From IMG/VR virus record IMGVR_UViG_3300028833_000145: 64,000 bases of DNA, one strand, 5' to 3'. Source of the DNA: an uncultured virus (IMG/VR IMGVR_UViG_3300028833_000145). Its lineage: Duplodnaviria > Heunggongvirae > Uroviricota > Caudoviricetes. The notes beneath the pieces are model-generated. The model ran no database searches, was not told the DNA's origin, and was given only the letters and a program-made list of their open reading frames with translations. This document shows, piece by piece, positions 47,324 to 56,134 of the stretch (positions are counted from its first letter, which is position 1; the number at the start of each line of letters is the position of its first letter). The position numbers and the translations under genes were made by a program.

Positions 47324-47353
47324 GAGAACATCCTCCTCCTTGTTCCTCCTTGT

Positions 47354-47902
47354 TCAGTCCTTGCCAGCTAAGTCAGCTTCAATGGCAAACTTCCAAGGAT
47401 CTATCTCAACCCAGTCAATGCCTGTCCAGACTCTCCACACTGGGTCGCGTTTGACAAACTTCATGAGATAATTGATGACTTCTTGGCAGAAGATCTTCTC
47501 AACTTCTGCAACAGGCTTCCTCATCCAGAAAGCATACTCTCCAAGAGTCATGCCGCTGTCATCCTTGAAGACTATTGGACTTCTACGGTAGAATTCACTG
47601 AGCTTCCACAGAGCGATGCTTCTCTCTCCAGCTACATGTGTCCCTCTCTTCTTGATGCCTGCAAGCAGAAGCTTCACAAATGGAGAAAATCCAATTGTTG
47701 GAACATCTGCCATGACTGCAGCCCTCAAGACCGGATTGTCATCTCCATTGCAGATCACTCCTAGCTCAGATGCTTTAAGCTTCTCTGCTAGCTTTCCTAA
47801 GATCTGGTGCGCTGCAACTTCTGAGCCATCATCTCTCAACCTGCTCATGAAGCTCTTCTGCAGCTCCACAGCTTCAAGCTTGATCTTAGACTTTCTTGCC
47901 AT
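47354..47902 (-). CDS. Hypothetical protein
   Basis: 182-aa ORF ending FAIEADL. Confidence 0.65.
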   Translation of the reverse strand: MARKSKIKLEAVELQKSFMSRLRDDGSEVAAHQILGKLAEKLKASELGVICNGDDNPVLRAAVMADVPTIGFSPFVKLLLAGIKKRGTHVAGERSIALWKLSEFYRRSPIVFKDDSGMTLGEYAFWMRKPVAEVEKIFCQEVINYLMKFVKRDPVWRVWTGIDWVEIDPWKFAIEADLAGKD

Positions 47903-48085
47903 TTTTCTTGTTCTCCATCTCTCTTCACTTCCTCTTGTCTACCAGCTCTTCAGCTATTCCCAAGACCTCTGCCACAAGGAAACCAATAGCAATTGGCCAA
48001 ACACTTCCATGCAGAAGGCTGACAATGCATGAAGCTATGCGTATGCCTGACTTTGAGATGCTTATCAGCAGATGTCCAAGTGAAT

Positions 48086-48490
48086 TCATGTTCTTCTTCT
48101 TCTGCACTTTCTAGCTTCTTTCAAAGCGTCTTTAGCAATTCCGACTGCTCTCCAGAAATAATGGACACCAACCTTCTCTTTAGTCGTGCTGTGGTTGATG
48201 ATGTTTGACCGCATGTCTGCATCAAGTACAATGATCTCTTTCAAAGCCTTCTTGAAGACTTCTGCTTCTTGCTGCAGCCTGACCATCTCATTGTAGACAT
48301 TGATGTCACCATTGACGTCCTTCTCTTTGAACTTGCGTGAAATCCTGCCAGGATTAACACATTCAACATCATGGTCCTTCAAGACTTTCTCAATCTTGTC
48401 GAACTTAGGGAAGTTGTACCTCTCATAGCCACGCATCGGGCCGGCAATGAACACCTTCTTGCCATCAAATTTGCTTGTCTTCTTTTCCAT
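48086..48490 (-). CDS. DUF4406-like (nucleoside deoxyribosyltransferase-like) N-terminal domain protein
   Basis: KVFIAGPMRGYERYNFPKF..VNP. Confidence 0.6.
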   Translation of the reverse strand: MEKKTSKFDGKKVFIAGPMRGYERYNFPKFDKIEKVLKDHDVECVNPGRISRKFKEKDVNGDINVYNEMVRLQQEAEVFKKALKEIIVLDADMRSNIINHSTTKEKVGVHYFWRAVGIAKDALKEARKCRRRRT

Positions 48491-48597
48491 CTTTGTCTTT
48501 TCCTCTCTTGAGGATGTGTGAAACACAGTACACGTAGTGCCATGTCACCCATGCAAACATTGTGCAAAGCAGCATGTCATCCATTTGCTTTGTCTCT

Positions 48598-48924
48598 TTA
48601 TATGCCTCCAAGCTTTCCAGACTGTGCTTCTCCAGGTGTCATCCAAAAACTGTCATTGACTAGATACTCGCGGACATTATAGCCTTCAACATGTCCATTG
48701 ACTCCAGCTGGAGCTCCCAGAATCTCATCTACTAGCTTTCCATCAGGACCTTCAAGAACATTAGCTAAGACAACCTGGCTTCCACACAAGTCAAACACCG
48801 GGTCTTTTGGCTTGTCTCCATATGGAAGCTTAGAGATCTCAATCTTCAGCTTTCCCCACTCTAAGATCAGCTTCCGGCCACGAAGCTTGTAGCTATCATC
48901 TTTGTCTGGCATTGTGTTCATCAT
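48598..48924 (-). CDS. Hypothetical protein
   Basis: 108-aa ORF with upstream TGGTATAAT. Confidence 0.6.
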   Translation of the reverse strand: MMNTMPDKDDSYKLRGRKLILEWGKLKIEISKLPYGDKPKDPVFDLCGSQVVLANVLEGPDGKLVDEILGAPAGVNGHVEGYNVREYLVNDSFWMTPGEAQSGKLGGI

Positions 48925-49016
48925 ATTCCATTATACCACAATGCAGACTTTCTAGAAAAATACTTTCTTCTCTTTCAAGCTAGAGAGAGAGAGAGAGAAA
49001 GCTTACAGTCTAGCTA

Positions 49017-49361
49017 TCAAAGCTTGCTCTCTCTAGCAGCTTTGCGTGCAGCATCTGAGATGGAGAGGGCGGCATCTTGGATTGCATTTGCAAGCTCACC
49101 ACACTCCGGATCAGCTTTTGCAAACTCTCTATATGTGGACTCAATCTTGTTGAGTGCCTGCACAACAAAGACTATCTTCTCAATGTTGTATAGTGAGTCA
49201 AAGCTCTCCAACTGCTTCTTGACAAGACTCGATGTCTTGTTCAATTGTGACTCTTGGTCGCCTTCATCTAATGCTTCTTCACTGCTTTCAGCTAACTGCT
49301 TCTCCCAATAGGCAATTGCTTCAACTATCTGCTTCTTTGTGTATTTTTTGCTTGTCTTCAT
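49017..49361 (-). CDS. Hypothetical protein sharing an N-terminal motif with 32671-33753
   Basis: YTKKQIVEAIAYW. Confidence 0.65.
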   Translation of the reverse strand: MKTSKKYTKKQIVEAIAYWEKQLAESSEEALDEGDQESQLNKTSSLVKKQLESFDSLYNIEKIVFVVQALNKIESTYREFAKADPECGELANAIQDAALSISDAARKAARESKL

Positions 49362-49519
49362 TTTTCTTTACACTTCGCTTGTGTGCTAAATAAAAAAAAC
49401 TTCTTTGCTAGTCATTATTTATTTGTTTTTAGCTCAAGCAAATTGCAGCATTCCATGCTAGCACGATTGAGAGAGCACATACTCTCATGCAACATTGCTT
49501 TTTCAACTAGTTAAAAGCC

Positions 49520-49925
49520 CAACCTGGCCACCCCGCGTTAAAGGCCCCAGAAAGAGCCAGGCTATGGGCCAGGTGGGACTCCTGGAGAGGCTGCCTGCAG
49601 ACACAGGTAGGCCTGGTGGACTAGTCCTGCAGGGTGCTTTCCTCCCGCGTGAAAAGGCGGATTTTTGGCCTGGCTCTCCTGGCTGTGGAATTCTAGGCTG
49701 CCCAGGTGGCTGTCAGGCCTGGCCCACCTTCCTGGCATCTGCTTGCCTGAGGCTCTGCCTTGCTCAAATTCTTACCTAGGCCTGGGTCTTCTCCTGAGGC
49801 CTGGGCCAGGTTAAGTCCTTCCTGCTAGGGTGTGCCTGGCTCTCGGATTCTCTGCTAGGCTTGGCCTGGGTCCTAGCAGCCCCTGGCCTTCTTTTCCGGT
49901 CCTTAGGCTTTCAGGGCCAGGTCCA
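49520..49925. repeat. GC-rich non-coding island dense in CCWGG
   Basis: 17 CCWGG sites counted in about 400 bp of an otherwise AT-rich genome. Confidence 0.7.
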
Positions 49926-50093
49926 AGAAAGCAAGAAGAAGGTGGGTGGCAAGGCATTTGATTAACCTTCCACCCGCGGAGCATCATTATTGCTTCGACC
50001 GCTGTTGGGTCAGGCAGCTCGTCGCCTTGCTCAAGGGCTAGGAGGCTTGCTGAGATTTATCGTTTCACTCAGCTTTTCGCCGAAATCTTTCAC

Positions 50094-50378
50094 TTAGTGA
50101 TGATGAAAAGCTCTCCGAAACCGGTTGAATGTAGCCCTTCTGAGATTCCTCTTAGCTGGAGTGTTTGCATTGGTATGATAGCAAGCCATCTGATCATTTG
50201 CTGGAGTGCTTGGATTCTCTGCATAGACATAGACAATCCGCTGCTGGCTTCTTGCTGCAAGTCGCTTGCTTCGGTCAGATTCCATCCAGAGGATTAGCAC
50301 TGACAAGATGACTATAGCAGCAAGTGCTGGGATGAATGGCGAAGCTTTGATGAAGAGGGTGTTGAGTTTGTCTTTCAT
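50094..50378 (-). CDS. Small membrane protein
   Basis: One TM helix; own TTGCCA/TATAAT promoter. Confidence 0.6.
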   Translation of the reverse strand: MKDKLNTLFIKASPFIPALAAIVILSVLILWMESDRSKRLAARSQQRIVYVYAENPSTPANDQMACYHTNANTPAKRNLRRATFNRFRRAFHHH

Positions 50379-50394
50379 TATGCTAGCAATTATA

Positions 50395-50643
50395 TCAAAA
50401 GCCGTAGGTCTTGGCAACTCGCTTTGCTGCTTGGATTCTTGCCTTGGCATCTCGGATCTGGTCCTTTGTGAACCACATTGTCACGGACTTGGTGAGCTTG
50501 CTAGATCTTGCTAGCTCAATTCCATCTTTGGAGCTCTTCCTGCCATTCTCAAGTGAATACACAGCATAGCAGTCCAGACGGTTAGGCTCAAAGACCAGCT
50601 GGAAGTTTCCTTTGGTCGCAAGAATCTTAGGTTTCGCTGCCAT
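50395..50643 (-). CDS. Hypothetical protein
   Basis: 82-aa ORF. Confidence 0.6.
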   Translation of the reverse strand: MAAKPKILATKGNFQLVFEPNRLDCYAVYSLENGRKSSKDGIELARSSKLTKSVTMWFTKDQIRDAKARIQAAKRVAKTYGF

Positions 50644-50646
50644 TGC

Positions 50647-50802
50647 TTACATCACCTCGCAAGAGAGAACTGTCGTGAATCCCATAGGCTCAAGGCGCTG
50701 CTTGGCTTCCGAGATAGCTGCATCCTTGTCCCAAGACCTGACTGTCACCTGTCCAGTCTGGTTGGATTTAGGATTTGAGAGGCGGATCTTGTAGGTAGCC
50801 AT
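50647..50802 (-). CDS. Small hypothetical protein
   Basis: RBS AAAGGA, MATYKIRL. Confidence 0.6.
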   Translation of the reverse strand: MATYKIRLSNPKSNQTGQVTVRSWDKDAAISEAKQRLEPMGFTTVLSCEVM

Positions 50803-50846
50803 TTGAGGATTTCCTTTCCTTTGGTTTGTTGACAAGATGAATTATA

Positions 50847-51044
50847 TCAAGTCATTGACATCACGGCAACCAGATTCTCAAGCGTCTTGCTTGACTCTTC
50901 ATAGAACTGGTCGGTGTGAGGGACCTCAACACCAAGGTTCTGGAGAAGCTGGTGGAAGCGAAGATCTGGATTCTTCTCAACTGCTTCGGAGAGAAGATTC
51001 AAGATTGTCTGGTTTGCTTCTTGGCGAGGGTTGTAGCTTGGCAT
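50847..51044 (-). CDS. Small hypothetical protein
   Basis: RBS AAAGGA; NPDLRFHQLL motif. Confidence 0.6.
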   Translation of the reverse strand: MPSYNPRQEANQTILNLLSEAVEKNPDLRFHQLLQNLGVEVPHTDQFYEESSKTLENLVAVMSMT

Positions 51045-51105
51045 CTTGGATTTTTCCTTTCTCTTTCATACCAAGAATTCTATCAAAGCTTGTAGGCCTT
51101 GGCAA

Positions 51106-51558
51106 TCAAGACATCTTAGTCAAGATCTCTGGAGGATCTTCATTTTCCATCAAAACCACTTTTAGGTTGAACTCTTCTGCTGAATGAGCTGTTGGAATGT
51201 TGTGGATGTTCCAATCCCAGCCAGTGGGATTTGTCTTCGGATCATCTTGGTAGGTGATGGGACATGTGCTAGAAGATGCAAACTCATCTAGCAGCTTCTT
51301 GAACATGTCTTCCCTAGATCCATGCCCATGCACTTCACAAATTGTACCATGGCAATCTCTATGCAGATCATGCTGCTCCATGCAGAGGACAAACACCTCA
51401 AAGCTGGGAAGTCCTTGGTTCACAACCTTCCATGTCAAGACTATCTTAGATCCCCAAGGCTCTAGATGCTTGCTGATTGCCTTGGCAAGAGCATTGCACT
51501 CCAACTCAAATGGTCCTTGCTTGGCTGGACGAATCTTAGAATTTCTCTCCATCTCCAT
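51106..51558 (-). CDS. Hypothetical protein, SxEEL family
   Basis: HSAEEFNLKVVL. Confidence 0.6.
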   Translation of the reverse strand: MEMERNSKIRPAKQGPFELECNALAKAISKHLEPWGSKIVLTWKVVNQGLPSFEVFVLCMEQHDLHRDCHGTICEVHGHGSREDMFKKLLDEFASSSTCPITYQDDPKTNPTGWDWNIHNIPTAHSAEEFNLKVVLMENEDPPEILTKMS

Positions 51559-51713
51559 CTTTCTCTTTCAATGCTAACAATCATATCAAGGATCTTTGTT
51601 CTTGGCAACTATGTCTACAAGTTGTTCATAACTTGTTCATAACTCTAGAGAGGTTGCCAAAGTCAATTGTCTTTGATATAATTCTGAGTGTCAAATGTTG
51701 AAAGAAAGGCAAG

Positions 51714-51866
51714 ATGATGAAAAACAAGACAGTCAAAGTCACCGACCAGCAAACTGGCTCAACCCAAAGCTGGACAAATACTTCACTCTCTTTGTCTCTT
51801 CAGCTAGCTGCTTTGCATATGGCTTCTTATCCAGGTCATTCATTCATAGTTGAAGTTGGCAAATGA
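51714..51866 (+). CDS. Small hypothetical protein (50 aa)
   Basis: Promoter plus AAAGG RBS. Confidence 0.5.
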   Translation: MMKNKTVKVTDQQTGSTQSWTNTSLSLSLQLAALHMASYPGHSFIVEVGK

Positions 51867-52070
51867 AGTCTGATGCCAGGCGGTTTTAGATAGCGGCGAA
51901 GAATAAAGATGATAGAATTTGTCTGGAAAGCTTTTGCCGCTATCTAAAACTCTCAGGGACAGTTCCTTCACTTAGATAGTCATGTTTCTAGACAAACTCT
52001 CTTTCTAAGCTAAAGATCAATAAACCTACTAATATGATATTATGTTCTTAGAAAGTAGATACCAGGAAAC

Positions 52071-52268
52071 ATGGCAAAGACAATTGAATTCACAAGATGG
52101 GCAGTGCACAAGACTGGAACAGAGCAGCTTGGATATCTATGCTCATTCAAGCATGAAGCTGAGAACATGCTAGAAGATCTCAAGGCAAGCATCATCAACA
52201 TGTCAAATGAAGAGAAAGCACGATACAAAGTCGTTGAAGTCAAGGTAGAGATCATTGAAGATGCTTGA
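52071..52268 (+). CDS. Small hypothetical protein
   Basis: AGGA RBS, 65 aa. Confidence 0.55.
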   Translation: MAKTIEFTRWAVHKTGTEQLGYLCSFKHEAENMLEDLKASIINMSNEEKARYKVVEVKVEIIEDA

Positions 52269-52499
52269 AGGCTTGAAGTGGAGTCTTGGATTCAGTTGTG
52301 GCTTTCTATGTGGAAAGCTGGTTTTGCTGATGTTTGGAATCTGGTGAAAGATAAGGTTGCCATAGCCTTAGGTTTTTGATATAATTCTGGATGTCATTTG
52401 AAAGAAAGTAAACCACTATGGATGTACCAATCATCATTGCAGTCATCATCTCAATTCTCCTGCGGACTCTTGACCGGACAAATGGAAAGTGAAGTGAAC

Positions 52500-52670
52500 A
52501 TGTATTCAAACATCAAGCATCTTGGAGTCACACTTGCTGAATGGCAAGCAGTGTTCGGAAACCAGTATTCACTCGGAGAGCTCTACCAAATGCATGTTGG
52601 GAATTCACCCTGGCCTATCTACAAGATGGAAGCTCTACGTGCACGCGACGCGCGCTTAGGTAATTCCTAA
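52500..52670 (+). CDS. Small hypothetical protein
   Basis: MYSNIKHLG. Confidence 0.5.
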   Translation: MYSNIKHLGVTLAEWQAVFGNQYSLGELYQMHVGNSPWPIYKMEALRARDARLGNS

Positions 52671-52807
52671 CTTTAGATTTTAGAGAATTTCTCTTTAAAC
52701 TTAAAATTACATGAATCTCTCCCCGTTTATATCTAAAGATATAAACTTGCCCCTCTCCTTTTCTTAGGCTTTTGCCTGGTTCAAGAAGCTTTGATATAAT
52801 TCCAGGC

Positions 52808-52954
52808 ATGGGAAACCGACTAGCAATCATCATCTCTTTCTTTGCTGGACTTGCTTTGAGTCTCTGGCTTGTTCCGTCGGCTTATGAGCACTATGTCTGG
52901 AAAGCTCTTGCATTCTGGTTCTGGTGGTCTTGGTTCTATGCACCAGGTAAATAA
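52808..52954 (+). CDS. Small membrane peptide
   Basis: Hydrophobic, Trp-rich; directly after a promoter. Confidence 0.5.
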   Translation: MGNRLAIIISFFAGLALSLWLVPSAYEHYVWKALAFWFWWSWFYAPGK

Positions 52955-52963
52955 AGAACTGTT

Positions 52964-53518
52964 ATGCCAGATGCAGAAGAAGCAGAGAATTCAAAGAAGC
53001 CATTTGAGAATCTTGATCTGAAGAGAATCACGGTCTTTGGTGGCAAGAAGTCAACTGAAGGATCTTGGGCTGAGCTTGCTGAACAGAGCAAGACTCTTGG
53101 CTGGAAGAACATTGACAAAGCAACTCTAGAGAGTTCCTTAGCTAGAGCCGTAGATGCTTGCTATTTCAGGATTGTCTCATTTGAAGCTGAAGACCTTGAC
53201 ACCGAGATAGCTTGGCATGCCTCTTTCCTGAATGACAAGGGACTTTGGGAGCTTGAGATCTTGAATTCACCTAAAGCCGATGTTGAGCCTTCTCAGATGG
53301 CTGACTTCTTCAGCTCGGATCCTTTCAAGAAGATTGCAAAGCAGGCAGGCTGGATCCTTGAGGAAGCTAAGCACTTGCTAGATGATGTCATTGCACATCC
53401 ACTAGAGAACGCCGAGCTTCTCACTGTAGATGAAGTGAAGCTAGCAGCAATCACTCACTGGCTTGACGACAAGCAGTTCATGGAGAATCTGAGATCTGGC
53501 AAGTTCATGGAAGCTTGA
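52964..53518 (+). CDS. Hypothetical protein
   Basis: 184-aa ORF after GTAAATA. Confidence 0.7.
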   Translation: MPDAEEAENSKKPFENLDLKRITVFGGKKSTEGSWAELAEQSKTLGWKNIDKATLESSLARAVDACYFRIVSFEAEDLDTEIAWHASFLNDKGLWELEILNSPKADVEPSQMADFFSSDPFKKIAKQAGWILEEAKHLLDDVIAHPLENAELLTVDEVKLAAITHWLDDKQFMENLRSGKFMEA

Positions 53519-53521
53519 TCT

Positions 53522-53845
53522 TCAGAACTGGACATCGGAGAGCTGAGGAGCTATCTCAAACACTTTGCTGACTTTTGTGATGTCAAACACTATCTTTGGT
53601 CCAGGCTAGATGTGAGTCAAAACTACTCTTCTGCCATTTGACTTTGCTTTTTGGAGAATCTAGACTAGAGCACCGAGACCAGAAGAGTCGATGTGGTTCA
53701 TCTAGCTGAGGTCAAACAAGACATCTGTCTCTGGTGTCATCTTGCTGAGAACTTCATCTCTGAACTCTGGTGCAAATCTAGCTACAAATCTTCCAGCTAC
53801 AGAGACTATCATGAGATTTCCTTCCAAGTCTATCTTCCAGTTCAT
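53522..53845 (-). CDS. STAS-domain anti-sigma factor antagonist (SpoIIAA/RsbV family, 107 aa, TAG=Gln); absent from ORF track
   Basis: IVSVAGRF..APEFR..VLFDLS*MNHIDSSGLGALV..VFDIT..VFEI; RBS GAGG; three TAG. Confidence 0.85.
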
Positions 53846-53931
53846 TGTCTGAATTCCTCTATTCTTTTTAGACTACTTACAGATGTGTTTGGTTGCCAAG
53901 CTCATCTGCTTTTGATATAATTCTGCTTGTC

Positions 53932-54435
53932 ATGAGCAAGAGCAGAAACCACAGAAATCGAGAGCTTGTTGAAGAGCTTGTCTCACTCGGCTACCAGTTC
54001 TATCCAAGAAGCCATGGACTCTTCTATGAAGAGATGCAAGTCCAAGACAAGTTTGGAAACTCGCCAGAGCTGAAGTTTGCCTTGGACCGGAGGAAAAGAA
54101 TCCAGCTTGGAATTCCTAGAGGTCGATCTCTTGGCTACACGATATACCCAACTGAGAAGCTCCAGAGAGTTCTTGACAAGCTTGAAGTCCGCACTGGGCT
54201 GCTTGATCCATGCAAGCCTAATGTCAAGCTCTTCATGCCTCTGTCTAAGGTTGCAGTTCCGAGATCATGGTTCTCTGGAAGGTTCTCTCACTCAATGGAG
54301 TTCAGCTCTAGGATTGGAGTGAGAAGCTGGCTCAGGAATGTGAAGCACTACTTGCTTGAGATGAATGATCCACTTGTCATCAATGCTGATCGTGCTTGGA
54401 TTGAGAGTTGCCAAAAGACTAGCGGCTTGATATAA
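53932..54435 (+). CDS. Hypothetical protein
   Basis: ORF following a promoter. Confidence 0.6.
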   Translation: MSKSRNHRNRELVEELVSLGYQFYPRSHGLFYEEMQVQDKFGNSPELKFALDRRKRIQLGIPRGRSLGYTIYPTEKLQRVLDKLEVRTGLLDPCKPNVKLFMPLSKVAVPRSWFSGRFSHSMEFSSRIGVRSWLRNVKHYLLEMNDPLVINADRAWIESCQKTSGLI

Positions 54436-54474
54436 TTCTGACTGTCAACCAACCACTAAGAAAGGAAACCAAAG

Positions 54475-54750
54475 ATGGACAACCTGAAGATTGAAGCCGC
54501 CGCCTCGAAGATCCAAAAGCTCATCACAAGCTCAGTCAGAGAAGGCAAGTGGTGCAGAAGCACTGTGGATGAGCAGCCGACTCGAGAGAACATTGAGAGG
54601 TCGATTGGGTGGGGACTTCTTGGAATCTATGACCGGTCTATGGCCAATGCGGTGATGGACATCGTCTATCCGAAGCTCCGCAAGAATGGAATCCTCGCCA
54701 AGCTTCGTGGTGAGGAGCCTGCTCATAATGCCACCGAGTCCTTTGGCTGA
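54475..54750 (+). CDS. Hypothetical protein
   Basis: Promoter plus AAAGGA. Confidence 0.65.
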   Translation: MDNLKIEAAASKIQKLITSSVREGKWCRSTVDEQPTRENIERSIGWGLLGIYDRSMANAVMDIVYPKLRKNGILAKLRGEEPAHNATESFG

Positions 54751-55050
54751 AGAGGAAGAGCTTGAGTGGCAGAGTTGCCATTGTCTTGAGAGTTTGATAT
54801 AATTGTCTTACCAACTACAACAACAAGGAGAACCCTGCCATGAAGCGCCTGTACTAAGAAGATTTTCCTCGAGTGAGGGACAGGGATGTGAAAGCCTGTT
54901 TGCTGAAGGACATCCAAAGTTGAGAGATCCACAGAGCATCCTAGGCTCTACTCGTGGGTCTCTTGATTTCTTTGTGCTTTGGTTGTAGTTGCCAAGTCCT
55001 AGCAGCTTTGATATAATTCCAAGTGTCAACTAACCACAAAGAAAAGGAGA

Positions 55051-55263
55051 ATGCAAATGCAGAAGTATAAAGTTGAGTGCATGGTAGGAAGCTATGGCAA
55101 AGGGCCCGTCAAAGAGTTTGAAGCCTCTAGTGATAATGAAGCATTTGAGATAGGCTGGAAGTTTGCAAAGCAGCAGATGAAGTGCATTGCATTTAGTGTG
55201 AGCAAGAAGGTAGGCCGCCGTAAAGTGTATATTGGGCCAGAAGAAAGCAAGAAAGCCGCTTGA
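55051..55263 (+). CDS. Small hypothetical protein
   Basis: Promoter plus AAGGAG. Confidence 0.6.
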   Translation: MQMQKYKVECMVGSYGKGPVKEFEASSDNEAFEIGWKFAKQQMKCIAFSVSKKVGRRKVYIGPEESKKAA

Positions 55264-55335
55264 TGCAGAAGTTGCCAAGTTCATCCAGCTTTGATATAAT
55301 TCTGCCTGTAAACCACCAAGAAAGGAAACCAGCAA

Positions 55336-55863
55336 ATGAGCAAGATTGATGAGATGATTCGTGAAAACAGGCAAGAGTATGGAATTGATCTGCCTGAAGA
55401 TGAAGCTCGAGAGCTTGCTAAGCTGCAGCTGGAAGACCTCAAGCGGAAGGGCTGCACACTTGAGAACATTAGTGAGTGCCATGGGTGCTCAGCTACTAAG
55501 GATGGTTCTGAGTGTCCTCTGTGTGATTGGGAGAAACGCCATCCTGAATATGCCAATGATGAGCTTGCCAAGAGAATCAAAGCCCTTGAGAACAAATCTA
55601 GAGACAAGTTCAAAGCTGAGATGAAGTCCAAGGTCATTGGAGAGTTCAAGAAACTCAAGGTAGATGTTGACTTGACCGAGGCAGCTAGAGCACTTGAAAC
55701 CGCGGCTAGAGACATGATAGAAGCTGCTAGAGAATTTGAGGAAGTTGAAGGCCAAAACGATGAAGTCCAGCTCAAAGCTCTGGCTAAAGTCAATGAAGCT
55801 CTTGACAAGATCCGCCACAGCAAGCTTGGATTCTTCTTAGAGAGGACAAAGTGGTTTGCTTGA
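55336..55863 (+). CDS. Zn-finger (CxxC..CxxC) coiled-coil protein
   Basis: CHGC..CPLC followed by a helical region. Confidence 0.65.
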   Translation: MSKIDEMIRENRQEYGIDLPEDEARELAKLQLEDLKRKGCTLENISECHGCSATKDGSECPLCDWEKRHPEYANDELAKRIKALENKSRDKFKAEMKSKVIGEFKKLKVDVDLTEAARALETAARDMIEAAREFEEVEGQNDEVQLKALAKVNEALDKIRHSKLGFFLERTKWFA

Positions 55864-55926
55864 GATTGCCACAGCCTCAGCCTTTTGATATGATTCTGCT
55901 TGCTAACTGAAAGAAATGACAAAGCT

Positions 55927-56061
55927 ATGGATAGTGACAAAATCAAGACGGCTTTCGACTATGTAGTCTTCATCATTCTTGTAGTTGCTATAGCATCTAT
56001 AGTTCCAATTGGGACATGCATTGCAATTTGGATGGTGTTAAAAGCTGCAGAGAATTACTGA
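55927..56061 (+). CDS. Small membrane peptide (44 aa)
   Basis: Long hydrophobic helix after a promoter. Confidence 0.5.
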   Translation: MDSDKIKTAFDYVVFIILVVAIASIVPIGTCIAIWMVLKAAENY

Positions 56062-56134
56062 TTGGATTTGGATGTTGCCACAGCCTCAAGCTTTTGATAT
56101 AATTCTGGATGTCAACCACTCAAGGAAATCACCA

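Noticed and set aside
48965..49001. (AG)n microsatellite as a phase-variation tract
   Set aside because: Intergenic, downstream of a stop codon and pairs with an adjacent CT-rich tract; more likely a terminator-like hairpin.
49495..49779. Track ORF in the GC-rich island
   Set aside because: Atypical composition, TTG start with no RBS; probably open by chance.
51883..51897. Similarity of GTTTTAGA to the start of type II CRISPR repeats
   Set aside because: Only 8 bp match, single copy, no array.
53693..53920. Plus-strand track ORF
   Set aside because: Shadow of the minus-strand STAS gene 53522-53845.
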